The position numbers and the translations under genes were made by a program. Below are positions 47,950 through 58,279 of a stretch of DNA of 64,000 bases, piece by piece; positions within the stretch are counted from its first letter, which is position 1; each line of letters begins with the position of its first letter. The stretch is taken from the NCBI GenBank assembly GCA_963707025.1, contig CAVPOM010000004.1:224001-288000 (forward strand). Reading direction: 5' to 3'. The notes under the pieces are model-generated. The model was not told where the DNA came from, did not search any database, and saw only the letters and a program-made list of their open reading frames with translations. The stretch comes from an uncultured Verrucomicrobiae bacterium. Its GTDB lineage: Bacteria > Verrucomicrobiota > Verrucomicrobiia > Limisphaerales > Palsa-1400.

Positions 47950-49152
47950 ATGACCACCAAAATGCGTTTCTATTCCATTCTGCTGCTGCTGCCGTTGTTG
48001 GCCGGGTGCGCCACTCCAAAACTCCCCGGCGTGGGCGCGGCCATGCAAAGGGCGGTGGATGCCCGTGAGATCTCCGGCGCCGTCACCATGGTCGTGACCA
48101 AGGATAAAGTGATTCATTTGGAAACGACCGGGCTGGCGGACATCGCCGCCCAAAAGCCCATGCAGGCGGACACCGTGTTCTGGATCGCCTCGATGACCAA
48201 GCCCATCACCGCCGTCTCCGTGCTGATGTTGCAGGATGAGGGCAAACTCAACGTGGCGGATCCCATCGCGAAATATATCCCGGCGTTTGCCAGCCTGAAA
48301 ACTCCCTCCGGCCAACCCGCCAATCTCACCCTTGCCCAGGTGCTGACCCACACCTCCGGCCTGGGCGAAGGCGATGCCAATGCCGCGCACAACGCGCATA
48401 CCCTGGCCGACATGATCCCGCTCTATCTGGCCGCGCCCATGCAATACGAGCCGGGGTCAAAATGGAGATACACGCAATCGGGCATCAACACGGCCGCGCG
48501 CGTCGTCGAGGTGGTCAGCGGGATGTCCTTCGATGTCTTCGTCCAGCGGCGCATCCTTGATCCGCTCGGCATGAAGCACACCACTTTCTATCCCGCGAAC
48601 ATGCCGTCCGCGCATCTGGTCGTGGCTTACAAAAAAGACCAGGCCACCGGCGCGCTGGTGGTGGCGCCGCCGCTGGGCGATTTCGGGGCGGCCGGCCATC
48701 CGCCGTTCGGCAATGGCGGGCTTTTCTCCACCGGCCCCGATTATGCCCGCTTCTGTCAGATGCTCCTTGGCGGGGGCGTGAGGGAGGGCAAACGCTATCT
48801 CAGTCCGGCGGCCATGAAGCTGCTCACCACCGTCCAAACCGGCAGCCTGCCCACCGGCTTTTTCCAATCGGCCGAATATGGCCAATACGGTGAAAACTAC
48901 GGTTGGGGAATTGGGACCTGCATCCTGCGCGCGCCGCATCCGGGAGTCGCGGCCATGCTCTCCGCCGGCACCTTTGGCCACGGCGGCGCGTGGGGCACGC
49001 AGGCATGGATGGATCCGGTGTTTGGCGTGGCTTACGTGCTCATGGTGCAGCGCTCCAATTTTGGCAACAGCGACGCCAGCGGGGTTCGCCGCGCCTTTCA
49101 ACAAGCGGCGGCCGATGCGCTGCCGCAGAAAACTTTTTCCGCAATTCCTTGA
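47950..49152 (+). CDS. Serine hydrolase, beta-lactamase/class C-like family, probable lipoprotein
   Basis: LAGC lipobox, IASMTK, LTHTSG, PGSKWRY, GGLFST, FGHGG. Confidence 0.9.
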   Translation: MTTKMRFYSILLLLPLLAGCATPKLPGVGAAMQRAVDAREISGAVTMVVTKDKVIHLETTGLADIAAQKPMQADTVFWIASMTKPITAVSVLMLQDEGKLNVADPIAKYIPAFASLKTPSGQPANLTLAQVLTHTSGLGEGDANAAHNAHTLADMIPLYLAAPMQYEPGSKWRYTQSGINTAARVVEVVSGMSFDVFVQRRILDPLGMKHTTFYPANMPSAHLVVAYKKDQATGALVVAPPLGDFGAAGHPPFGNGGLFSTGPDYARFCQMLLGGGVREGKRYLSPAAMKLLTTVQTGSLPTGFFQSAEYGQYGENYGWGIGTCILRAPHPGVAAMLSAGTFGHGGAWGTQAWMDPVFGVAYVLMVQRSNFGNSDASGVRRAFQQAAADALPQKTFSAIP

Positions 49153-49227
49153 GCAACGCGCTCGTGAAAAAATGGCAGGCAAGAACCTGTCGCTCTCCAA
49201 CAATGATGAACAAATTCCCCGAAGCCT

Positions 49228-50073
49228 ATGCAAACCACACGCCGCCAGTTTATCCAATCCGGGCTTGTTTGTGCCGCCGGCTTGACCGTCAGTCCGCACA
49301 TCGCCTGGGCCGCTGATCAGCCGAAAACCGTGTCCCTCGGATTCCAACTTTACACGGTGCGCGGCGAATTTGCCCGGAACGTCCCGGACACGATCAAGAC
49401 GCTCGCGCAAATCGGCTACCGCGGAGTCGAGTTTTGGGATTACAGCGGCACGCCCAATGTTTATCAGCACTATTCCGCCGCCGATTTGCGCAAAATCCTC
49501 GATGAAAATGGCCTGAAGTGCTGCGGCATGCATGTGACGTTGGAGGCGTTGGCAGGGGACAAGCTCAAGCGCACGATCGAAAACAACCAGACCCTCGGCA
49601 ATATCTACATCAACCTGGTCATGGCTCCGGACCTCATGAAATCGGAGTCCGGCATTGGCGAGTTGGCCGCGCTGTTGAACAAAACCTCCAGCGAATGCCG
49701 GGCGCAAAACATGGTGGCCGGCTATCATTGTCACGCGTTCGACTTCGCCCTGATCAATGGCCGCTTCGCCTGGGAAATCCTTTTCCGCCGGCTCAAGCCC
49801 GAGGTCAACATGCAGCTCGATGTCGGCAACTGCCTGTCGGGCGGCGGCGACCCCATTGCCATGTTCAAGGAATTCCCGGGCCGCTCCTGGACCGTTCACA
49901 TCAAGGAATACAAGGAAAAGACCTTCGACAGCGATTTTTACAAGGAAGTGTTCCACCTTTGCGAAACGACGTGTGCGACCAAATGGTATATCGTCGAAAT
50001 GGGCAGCGATGACGGCACCGGCTTCGAGGTGCCGCGCCAGGCGCTCGCCAAACTCCACAGCCTCGGCAAATAA
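49228..50073 (+). CDS. Tat-exported sugar phosphate isomerase/epimerase (TIM barrel)
   Basis: TRRQFI; QLYTVR, YHCH..DF, MQLDVG, HIKE. Confidence 0.87.
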   Translation: MQTTRRQFIQSGLVCAAGLTVSPHIAWAADQPKTVSLGFQLYTVRGEFARNVPDTIKTLAQIGYRGVEFWDYSGTPNVYQHYSAADLRKILDENGLKCCGMHVTLEALAGDKLKRTIENNQTLGNIYINLVMAPDLMKSESGIGELAALLNKTSSECRAQNMVAGYHCHAFDFALINGRFAWEILFRRLKPEVNMQLDVGNCLSGGGDPIAMFKEFPGRSWTVHIKEYKEKTFDSDFYKEVFHLCETTCATKWYIVEMGSDDGTGFEVPRQALAKLHSLGK

Positions 50074-50075
50074 CC

Positions 50076-51683
50076 ATGAAAACCAGCCATGCCACCCCTT
50101 CGCCTTCGGCGGCAGGGACGGTGCCGCCCGCCTGCCCCGCCCCGCGCGCGGGCCGCCTTTCGCGCCGCAAATTCATGCTCGCCAGCGGCGCCGCGGCCGC
50201 TTTTGCCATCGTGCCGCGCCACGTTCTTGGCGGAGCGGGATTTGTCCCGCCCAGCGAAAAGATTACCCTGGCCTGCATCGGTTGCGGGACGCAGGGGCTG
50301 CGCGAGCTGGTGGACCTGCTGCCGGTGCCGGAAATCCAAATCGTGGCCGTTTGCGATCCCGTCAAGGACAGCCACGATTACTTGGACTGGTCCAGCGACG
50401 GCTTGCGCGCGGCCATCGCCAAAGGCATGGGCAAACCGGATTGGCGGCGCGGGCGGGGCGGTGTTCCCGGAGGCCGCGACATCGCCAGGGAACTCATCGA
50501 AACATTTTACGCCGGCCAGCGGTCTTCGGAAAAATTCAAGGGCTGCAACCCCTACGCCGACTTCCGCCAATTGCTTGACCGGGAGAAGGACCTCAACGCC
50601 GTCAAAATCATGACGCCCGATCATCTGCACGCGACCATTGCCCTGGCCGCGATGAAGCAAGGCAAGCATGTGCTCATGCACAAGCCACTGGCCAATCGCT
50701 TGCAGGAAGCCCGCTGGGTCATCGAAACCGCGCGCAAAACCAAAGTCGCCACTCATTTCCTGGCGGCCAACGACGGCGCCGACATTCGGAGGATCAAAAG
50801 CTGGATTGACGACGGCGCCATCGGGACGCTGAGCGAGATTCACAATTGGACCAACCGCCCCGTCTGGCCGCAATATGGCGCCCTGCCAACCGACACGCCT
50901 CCGGCCCCGGCCGATTTTGACTGGCCGCTGTGGCTTGGGCCTTGCACCGACCGTCCCTATCATCCGCATTACACCCACATGGTGTTTCGCGGCTGGTATG
51001 ATTTCGGGGGCGGCGCGCTCGCCGACATGGGCCACTACAGCCTTTGGTCCGTCTTCAAGCTCTTCGATCTGGACTCCCCGGTCTCCGTCGAATCGCGTCC
51101 CAGCCACGTCTGCGCGCTCAACGGCAACGTGGCCATCACCGTCAAAAACGACTGGTCCTTTCCCGACGCCTGTGTCATCCGCTTCAAATTCGCCGCTAAA
51201 GGTCCGCGCCCGCCCGTGGATCTCTTTTGGTACGACGGCTCCATGAAACCGCCCACCCCCGGGGAATTGGAAACCGACGGCCATGAACTCGCTGCCGAAG
51301 GGCTGATGTTTGTTGGCGACAAAGGAAAAATCCTGGCCGATTTTCGCGGGGAAGACCCGCGCCTCATTCCCGCCGGGAAGATGCGCGATTATCTGGCGGC
51401 CCGGAATCTGCCCGCGCCGCCTCCCTCGCCTCGCGACCTCGGCCCAGCCCAGCGCCGCGCGATCAACCGGTGGGTGGCCGCCTGCAAAGGCGGCCCGGCG
51501 ACGGACGGCGACTTTCTCCAAGGCGGGCCCATCTCCGACGCCTTCAACCTCGCGGCCGTCTCGCTGCGTCTGGGTGGCCGGAAACTGGTCTTTGACACTG
51601 CCGCCATGCGCATCACCAATCTCGCCGAAGCCAACCGCCATCTCACCCGCGAATATCGCCAAGGCTGGGAACTGCCAGGTTGA
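50076..51683 (+). CDS. Tat-exported Gfo/Idh/MocA oxidoreductase
   Basis: SRRKFM; IGCGTQG, TPDHLH, HKPL, DFGGGALADMG. Confidence 0.9.
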   Translation: MKTSHATPSPSAAGTVPPACPAPRAGRLSRRKFMLASGAAAAFAIVPRHVLGGAGFVPPSEKITLACIGCGTQGLRELVDLLPVPEIQIVAVCDPVKDSHDYLDWSSDGLRAAIAKGMGKPDWRRGRGGVPGGRDIARELIETFYAGQRSSEKFKGCNPYADFRQLLDREKDLNAVKIMTPDHLHATIALAAMKQGKHVLMHKPLANRLQEARWVIETARKTKVATHFLAANDGADIRRIKSWIDDGAIGTLSEIHNWTNRPVWPQYGALPTDTPPAPADFDWPLWLGPCTDRPYHPHYTHMVFRGWYDFGGGALADMGHYSLWSVFKLFDLDSPVSVESRPSHVCALNGNVAITVKNDWSFPDACVIRFKFAAKGPRPPVDLFWYDGSMKPPTPGELETDGHELAAEGLMFVGDKGKILADFRGEDPRLIPAGKMRDYLAARNLPAPPPSPRDLGPAQRRAINRWVAACKGGPATDGDFLQGGPISDAFNLAAVSLRLGGRKLVFDTAAMRITNLAEANRHLTREYRQGWELPG

Positions 51684-51700
51684 TGAAGAACCGGGTCGCC

Positions 51701-52666
51701 TCAAGGCAGCGCCACGCCGCCGCCGGCCACGTTGCTTTTGTCAAACAGGCGCGTGCCCAGGACGATTTTTTTTGGGACCGATTGCCCGTGGAGAATCTTC
51801 AGGGCGGCCGCGACGGCCTCCGCGCCACCGGTCGGATAGCGGAAGGTCGCGTCAAGTATTCCTTGCCGGACATAGGCCACGCCCTCCTGCGGCAGGGCGT
51901 CAATGCCCACGAAGAGGATGTTGTCGCGCCCGGCGGCCTTGGCGGCCAGATACGCGCCGTGCGCGCCCGGATCGTTGTGGGCGTAAACCAGGTCAATCCG
52001 GTCGAAACGCGACAGGGCGGATTCCATCTCCGTGCGTGCCTCCGGTTCGAGCCATTTCATGTCGGCCTGGAAAATAACGTCGATGCCCGAACCGGCGAGG
52101 GCGTCGCGAAAGCCGTTGTGCCGGTCCTGGCCGGGGATGGAAGTCATCAGGCCCATCAACTCGACGACCTTGCCCTGGCCGCCGAGTTTTTTGACGATCC
52201 ATTGTCCGGCGGCCTGGCCGATTTTCTTATTGTCAGCGCCGATGAAACAAGTGTACTTGTCACCGAGGACGGCGCGATCCAGGACGATGACCGGGATGCC
52301 GGCGTCCAGGGCGCGGGCCACGGGTTCGGTGAGGGGTTGGGCTTCTTTGGGGCTGATGAGGATGAGATCCACTTTGGCGCTGACCAACTCCTCCAGGTGG
52401 GAACGCTGTTTGAGGGTGTCGTTTTGCGCGTCCTTGAAGATGACGCTCAGTTCGGGATGTTGGGCGGCGGCGCTGCGGATGTCCTCGTTCATCTGCACGC
52501 GCCACGGCTCGCCCAGGTTGCACTGGGACATGCCGATGGTGTAATGCCGGGCCGCGCCGGCGGCGGGCGGTTTGGCATCGGAATCGGCACGGTTGCAGCC
52601 GGCCCAGGGCGCGGCCAGCAAGGGCAAGGCAAGCAGGGGAAAAATTTGCAGGAATGGTTTGCGCAT
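51701..52666 (-). CDS. Sugar ABC transporter substrate-binding lipoprotein (RbsB-like)
   Basis: WAGC lipobox; IPVIVLDR, FIGADN, YAHND, FVGIDA. Confidence 0.9.
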   Translation of the reverse strand: MRKPFLQIFPLLALPLLAAPWAGCNRADSDAKPPAAGAARHYTIGMSQCNLGEPWRVQMNEDIRSAAAQHPELSVIFKDAQNDTLKQRSHLEELVSAKVDLILISPKEAQPLTEPVARALDAGIPVIVLDRAVLGDKYTCFIGADNKKIGQAAGQWIVKKLGGQGKVVELMGLMTSIPGQDRHNGFRDALAGSGIDVIFQADMKWLEPEARTEMESALSRFDRIDLVYAHNDPGAHGAYLAAKAAGRDNILFVGIDALPQEGVAYVRQGILDATFRYPTGGAEAVAAALKILHGQSVPKKIVLGTRLFDKSNVAGGGVALP

Positions 52667-52674
52667 GTTTTTAT

Positions 52675-53688
52675 TCAGGTCCGCCGGCGCCGCTGCGTCA
52701 GGACCGCGGCGACAATAATGACGCCGGTGAGAACCAGACGGCCCGCCTCGGGGACGGCGTTAATGCTCAGGATCTTATCCAGATAGCCAATAGTCAGCAC
52801 GCCCAGCAAAGTCAAACCCATCCCGCCGCGTCCGCCCATCAGGCTGGTGCCGCCGATGACCACCATGGCGATGGCGGCCAATTCGTAACCGGCGCCGGCC
52901 TCCGGATCGCCTTGCTGCTCCTGGGCCGCCTGGCAGAGTCCGGCCACGGCCGCAAACAGGCCGGAGGCGGCGTAGGCGCACGCCTTGGCGCCGATGACCG
53001 GGACGCCCGACAGGCGCGCTGCTTCTTCGTTGCCGCCGATGGCGTAGAGGTAGCGGCCCCATCGGTGCCGGGACAAGGCCAGCCAGGCCAGGGCCAGACA
53101 AATCATAAATATGACCGTCACCATGGAAAGGTTTCCGCCCAGGATGCGATGATCAATGGCGCGAAACAGCGCCGGCACCTCCACGTAGCGATAGGCGCCG
53201 CCGGCAGTTTGCACGGCCGTCGAGACTTTCATCCCGCCCGAGGCGTACTTGGCCAGACCCCGCGCGAAAACCATCATGGCGAGGGTGGCGATGAAAGGTT
53301 GCACACGCCAGGCCGCTGTAATCAATCCCGCGACCAGGCCGCAGGCGGCGCCGATGGCCAGGCTGGCGGGCACGACTTCCCAGGCCGGCCAGCTCCAGTG
53401 AATCGCCATTTTCGCGGCGCAGACCGCCGTCAAGGCCACCAGGCTGCCGACGGCCAGATCAATCCCGCCGGAAATGATGACCAGCGTCATGCCGCAGGCC
53501 AGGATGCCATAAACCGATGCCTGGCGGAGCGTGTCGCGATGGGTGCCGATTTTGAAAAACGCGCCGTCGGCATTGCACACCGCCCCTGCGGCCAGCACCA
53601 GCACCAGCGCCAGCAAAGCCCGCCCACCGGCGCTGCCCAGAAACGATTTCCAGGCGGGCGGCGGCGAAGCGGGCACAGTGTCGTTCAT
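52675..53688 (-). CDS. Sugar ABC transporter permease (RbsC-like)
   Basis: GGIDLAVGS, PFIATL, GRYLYAIGGNEEAARLSG, YELAAIA..VIGGTSL.GG.G. Confidence 0.93.
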   Translation of the reverse strand: MNDTVPASPPPAWKSFLGSAGGRALLALVLVLAAGAVCNADGAFFKIGTHRDTLRQASVYGILACGMTLVIISGGIDLAVGSLVALTAVCAAKMAIHWSWPAWEVVPASLAIGAACGLVAGLITAAWRVQPFIATLAMMVFARGLAKYASGGMKVSTAVQTAGGAYRYVEVPALFRAIDHRILGGNLSMVTVIFMICLALAWLALSRHRWGRYLYAIGGNEEAARLSGVPVIGAKACAYAASGLFAAVAGLCQAAQEQQGDPEAGAGYELAAIAMVVIGGTSLMGGRGGMGLTLLGVLTIGYLDKILSINAVPEAGRLVLTGVIIVAAVLTQRRRRT

Positions 53689-55226
53689 GAGATGTCGGCC
53701 GCCCGTCCCATCGCGGCGGCAAGGACGGCTTGCGGTGTCGCCTGGCCGCGGGCCAGTTCGGCGGTGACGCGCCCCCGGTGCAGCACGATGACGCGGTCGC
53801 TCAATGTCAATAATTCGGGCATTTCCGACGTGATGAGCAAAATGGCCATGCCCTGGGCGGTCCATTGGTCCACCCATTGGTATATTTCCCTTTTTGCGCC
53901 GACATCAATGCCGCGAGTCGGCTCATCGAGCAGGAGCAGGCGGGGCCGGGTGTGCAACGATTTGGCCAGCGCCACCTTTTGCTGGTTGCCGCCGGAAAGG
54001 GTGCCGGCTTCCACCTCCAGCGACGGGGCGCGCAGCCGCATGGGACCGGTCATTTGTTCGGCGGCGGCGCGTTCGCGGGCCGGACGACGCCAGCCGCCTG
54101 GCGAAAGGGCGCGCAGGCCGGCCAGGGTGGCGTTGGCGGTGACGGACATCGAGAGCACCAGGCCGGTGGCCTTGCGGTCGTTGGTCAGAAGGGCAACGCC
54201 GGAGGCGATGGCTTTTCGGGGCGAGGCAAAATGAGCCGGGAGGCCATCTATTTGCGCCGACCCGCTGGTGCAGGAACCATAGGCGCCGAACAAGCCGAGA
54301 AAGAGTTCGCTGGCCCCGGAACCTCGCAGCCCGCCAAGGCCAACGACTTCCCCGGCGCGGGCCGACAAGGAAATCTGTTCGACAGCGGGCCGGGCGGAAA
54401 AACCCGCGGGAAAGACGCTGAAATTCTCCAGGCGCAGGCGCTCCGCGCCGGGATGGGGGACACGGCGCGGGAATTGTTCGCCCAAATCGCGTCCCACCAT
54501 CCACTGGATCAACTGCGACGCCGGCACTTCGGCGGCGGGCGCCGAGCCGATCCACCGGCCGTCGCGCAGCACGGTAATGCGGTCGGCCAGGCGCTCGATT
54601 TCCTCCATTTTATGGGTGATATAAACAATGGCGCAGCCGCGCGCCTTGAGCGATTGGATCCAGGCGAAGAGCCTGGCGGCTTCGGGCGCATTGAGGGCGC
54701 TGGTCGGCTCGTCCATGACAATGACCCTGGCCTCCTGGCTGAGGGCCTTGGCAATTTCGATGAGCTGCCGGATGGCGGCGGGGAACTTTTCCACCGGCTG
54801 GTGGACATTGATGTCCAGGCCGAGCTGGCCCACCCAATGCCGGGCGGCTTGCGGCTGTTGCGCCCTGGGCACAAAACCGGCCAGGGCCGGCGTGCGGCCG
54901 AGAAAAAGATTGTCCGCCACGCTCATGGCGCCGATGAGCGACAATTCCTGGTGAATGACCGCCACCCCCAGCGCGCCGGCCTGGAGCGGATTGCGCGGAC
55001 GCACTTCGCGGCCCGCGATTTCCAGGCGGCCTGCAAAGTCGGTGTGGATGCCGGCGAGGATCTTGATCAAGGTGCTTTTGCCCGCGCCATTTTCCCCGGC
55101 CAGAACGTGAACCTCGCCCGCGCGGCATTCCATTTTGACATCCTGCAAGACGGTTACTGGCCCGAATCTCTTGGTGATGCCGGACATGCGCACCAAAGGC
55201 GGCTGCTTGGAACTGGCTTCGGGCAT
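53685..55226 (-). CDS. Sugar ABC transporter ATP-binding protein (RbsA-like, tandem domains)
   Basis: GENGAGKST, MDEPT, LSGGNQQK, LDEPTRGIDVGAK. Confidence 0.95.
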   Translation of the reverse strand: MPEASSKQPPLVRMSGITKRFGPVTVLQDVKMECRAGEVHVLAGENGAGKSTLIKILAGIHTDFAGRLEIAGREVRPRNPLQAGALGVAVIHQELSLIGAMSVADNLFLGRTPALAGFVPRAQQPQAARHWVGQLGLDINVHQPVEKFPAAIRQLIEIAKALSQEARVIVMDEPTSALNAPEAARLFAWIQSLKARGCAIVYITHKMEEIERLADRITVLRDGRWIGSAPAAEVPASQLIQWMVGRDLGEQFPRRVPHPGAERLRLENFSVFPAGFSARPAVEQISLSARAGEVVGLGGLRGSGASELFLGLFGAYGSCTSGSAQIDGLPAHFASPRKAIASGVALLTNDRKATGLVLSMSVTANATLAGLRALSPGGWRRPARERAAAEQMTGPMRLRAPSLEVEAGTLSGGNQQKVALAKSLHTRPRLLLLDEPTRGIDVGAKREIYQWVDQWTAQGMAILLITSEMPELLTLSDRVIVLHRGRVTAELARGQATPQAVLAAAMGRAADIS

Positions 55227-55282
55227 TTAGGTGGATTTGATTTCGCGCATGCCACCCAAGCTTGACTTCCGGCGGTCGGGAA

Positions 55283-55528
55283 TTACAAGCCAAAATGGCG
55301 TTTGGCAAACTCGTGGCCGGAGCCGGTTTTGAGATATTCTTCAAATTTCTGCGCCAACTCCAACTTCTCAAAAGCGGCGTAAGATTTTACTCCCCACGGC
55401 TTCAATTCTGAGGTGTGAGGGCATTTGCCGGCGTTGTGCTCCGCAAGGCGGCGTTTAAGAGCGTCGGTGTGGCCCCGGTAAAATTGGCCGGGCATGGCAA
55501 CACTCACCAGGATGCAGGTATAAAACAT
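55283..55528 (-). CDS. Small GIY-YIG nuclease-family protein, degenerate
   Basis: FYTCIL...FYRGHT..L.RRL.EHN.G...T...PW...FEEYLKTGSG. Confidence 0.7.
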   Translation of the reverse strand: MFYTCILVSVAMPGQFYRGHTDALKRRLAEHNAGKCPHTSELKPWGVKSYAAFEKLELAQKFEEYLKTGSGHEFAKRHFGL

Positions 55529-55614
55529 AAGCGTGAATCCATACAAAGGATGGCCTGTCATCCGTAGCTCGGAACCCGGTCGCACGGCAGCCCTACTTCG
55601 CTCCGCGGACGGAG

Positions 55615-55845
55615 CTACGGAGGGCACCATCCTCCGCTCGGAACCTGCGGGTTGGCGAAGCGTTCCTGCGGCGTCAAACCCGTCATACCCACGTAAACAC
55701 ACGGTTTCTTCGGGTCCCGCCTTGGGTTTTCAGCCCGGACCATTCGGATTTTGCCCACTGCCGGGGCGAGCAGCACGAAGTAAACGTTGTGGTGAAGCTC
55801 CTGTTGACGGCCGTGGAGGTGTCGCTTGAGGGTGCGGCGCTTCAT
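55615..55845 (-). pseudogene. Truncated second GIY-YIG-like gene
   Basis: HNVYFVLL...CVYVGMTGLTPQERFAN then runs into repeat DNA. Confidence 0.55.
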
Positions 55846-55902
55846 TCACCTTTTTCGCTGATCGAGTTCAAGACGGGGGCGGGTTGCATCAGGCTCATGA
55901 TC

Positions 55903-56087
55903 TCATTGTGGCCAGTTCCCATTCTCCATCGAGTTGCCCGGTTCCACCACCACATGCTGGATACGTCTCCGGTTCCAGGCATAAACAATATGCACCAAGC
56001 CGCCCCTCGTTTGAATCACCGCCTGGTAGGAAAATACCTTGCCCGCCTCGTTTTCCAAGATCAATGCGGCCCAGCCGTTTTCACGCA
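55903..56087 (-). pseudogene. C-terminal fragment of a BNR/sialidase-like protein
   Basis: LENEAGKVFSYQAVIQTRGGLVHIVYAWNRRRIQHVVVEP resembles a sialidase-family C-terminus; no start. Confidence 0.5.
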
Positions 56088-56103
56088 GTAACCGGAGCCT
56101 GGA

Positions 56104-57324
56104 CTAACCTCTATTTCGCCGGGCGTCCCAGTTGTGGTCGCGAATAATCTGGTCGAATTTGGCTTTTGGCTCGAAATCGGCCGGCACCATTTTGAACTTC
56201 ACCAGATAATTGCATACATCGCGCAATTGCCGCACCTCGTTGCGTTTGGTGTTGACTGTGTTGGCGGGAATGGCCTGAAAGTCGGCAACGTATTTTAGCA
56301 GGGCCGTTTTCACTTTTTGATAGGTGGCGTCGTCGCTCGCGTAGCAAAGTGATTCTGCATAGCGCAGTGTCTGCTCCAGGGATTGACTCGGGGCGGTCAT
56401 TTTGTCGGCGTCCGCGCGGACGCTGGCGGCGATTTCGGCGCGCTTGGCCGCGGTGGCTTTGGACGTCAAATAACCATCGTCACCGCCCTGGGCCGCGCGC
56501 GGCGGCAGGAGGCGATACCAGATATTGCGAAAGCGGACCGGGTTGCCATGGTCCTGGAGCTTGAGCGGTCCAGAGTCGGGGAAATGACTGGGCTTGGCGC
56601 GCGCCATGTGCCCGGTCTCGCCCTCGATGATGGCGTGATCCTGCACGGCAACGCCGTTCTCAAAAACCGTGACGTAGCCGGCCTCCACCAATTGGCCATC
56701 CTCGGCGTAGAGCGGACGCCGGAAAATAATGTCGTAGGTTTGGAACTGGCCGGGCGGCAGGAGCGCGTTGGCCATGGGCGCATGCTGCCCATAGACGGCT
56801 CCCGCCATGCCATCTGCGTAAGTCGGGTTCTTGTAATTATCCAGCACTTGCACCTCGACCAGGCCCATCAGGAACACCCCGCTGTTGCCCCGGCCCTGGC
56901 TGGTGCCTTCGACCCGCGTGGGCGAGGCCCATTCCACGTGCAATTGACAGTCGCCGATATTCTCCTTGGTTCGGATGTAACCCGATCCCGGCACGCATTC
57001 CATCGCGCCGTTTTTTATGACCCATTTGGTCGGTTCGTGCCGGGCGTTGTCGGCCTCCCATTTGGAAAGGTCGGTGCCGTCAAAAAGGATGATGGCGTCC
57101 GAAGGCGGCTTGCCCGGTTGGTCCGGGCTGCCGAACGTGCCCGGCGTGACGATAAGCGGCTGCGGGCGGTTTTGGTCGTGAACTTCCCACGGGTGATGTT
57201 CATCCGGCGGGTCGCCATAAAAGGAGTGTTCGCGGTAAACTCCATCTGGCGCCGTCTGTCCCAACGCCGCCGTAGCGGTCGTGAGCAGTCCAAGCAACAA
57301 TGGCAAAGTGGAATGTGTTTTCAT
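56104..57324 (-). CDS. Secreted DUF1080 / 3-keto-disaccharide hydrolase-family protein
   Basis: Signal peptide; PPSDAIILFDG.DL, GNSGVFL, EVQVLD, LQDHGNPVRFRNIW. Confidence 0.9.
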   Translation of the reverse strand: MKTHSTLPLLLGLLTTATAALGQTAPDGVYREHSFYGDPPDEHHPWEVHDQNRPQPLIVTPGTFGSPDQPGKPPSDAIILFDGTDLSKWEADNARHEPTKWVIKNGAMECVPGSGYIRTKENIGDCQLHVEWASPTRVEGTSQGRGNSGVFLMGLVEVQVLDNYKNPTYADGMAGAVYGQHAPMANALLPPGQFQTYDIIFRRPLYAEDGQLVEAGYVTVFENGVAVQDHAIIEGETGHMARAKPSHFPDSGPLKLQDHGNPVRFRNIWYRLLPPRAAQGGDDGYLTSKATAAKRAEIAASVRADADKMTAPSQSLEQTLRYAESLCYASDDATYQKVKTALLKYVADFQAIPANTVNTKRNEVRQLRDVCNYLVKFKMVPADFEPKAKFDQIIRDHNWDARRNRG

Positions 57325-57548
57325 AAAAACATTGAGTAATTAATGGGCACGATTGGCACCGCGGTTAAAAAAGCGGCGTTATTATGCGTTCGGCCAATCC
57401 GTTGGTCGAGAGAAATGATCAGCCCGAAAAACCGGCAAAACTGGCCTGGTGGGGGCAAAGACTGGCCCTGGAAGGACGGTGATTTTGTATTCAAAAATCC
57501 GAATTGTCCCCAATCTGTCCCCAAATGTCGATACTTTCGAAAACTGTA

Positions 57549-57575
57549 TGGTGGAGGCGGCGGGAGTTGAACCCG
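57549..57575 (-). other. Duplicated 3' end of a tmRNA-like gene; probable island attachment site
   Basis: Minus strand CGGGTTCAACTCCCGCCGCCTCCACCA (T-arm plus acceptor 3' strand and CCA). No matching 5' half adjacent. Confidence 0.7.
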
Positions 57576-57680
57576 ATTTTAGCGTTCGCGGCCATTCGCA
57601 AAAAGAGCGTTTACATAGGGAGAATTTGCGCGTTGTGAAAATCACGTCAAGAATAGATACGAACCAAAGCGAAAGTTTTT

Positions 57681-57787
57681 TGTGTGGAATTGTGTGGAAA
57701 AAAAGGCTGCGGGTTTTATGCCCGCGTCCCGGCCAATGATTTGCTTTTCCATGCTTTTCCAAACAGATTCCACACAGATTCCACACA
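57681..57787. repeat. Short direct and inverted repeats resembling integrase arm-type sites
   Basis: TGTGTGGAAT-TGTGTGGAA and the inverted TTCCAAACAGA-TTCCACACAGA-TTCCACACA. Confidence 0.6.
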
Positions 57788-58279
57788 GTCTCACCGTGAC
57801 ATGCTGGCCCGGCCCGGAATGGCCGCCCGCCTGCCCCGGCCCGCTCATGCTCACCATGATGGAGGTTGCGCCCCGGCCTGCCCGCGCGGACCTGGCCGGC
57901 GTTCACTCCCGGCAATGCGCGGGCCTGCCCGGCTTGCCCCGGCCCGGTCGTTTGGCCGTGCCGCGTTCATTCCGGGCGATTGCGCGGACTGCCCGCGCGG
58001 TTCACTTGCCCCGCGCGGCCCGGCTGGCACGTCCAAAGGTTGGTAAAGCCGTTTGGGAAGGATTGCCACCAGGACGCATTTTGTTGGCAGGGGGGCTGTC
58101 ATCATGCCGCCCGGCCCGCAATCGCCTGCCCTTGCCCGCCGTTTGGAAGCCACGCGGCCCATTTTCTTGAACGTGTGAACGCGCCGGTCGGCAATCGGTG
58201 GGGGATTCGACACCAGGGGCGGCTCACCAGGTTTGATCGGCGGAAAGGTAGGAGAGTAATTCGCCTGGCCCGCCTGGCG

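Noticed and set aside
57549..57575. Complete tRNA or tmRNA gene
   Set aside because: Only the T-arm and 3' acceptor strand are present; no pairing 5' half is visible.
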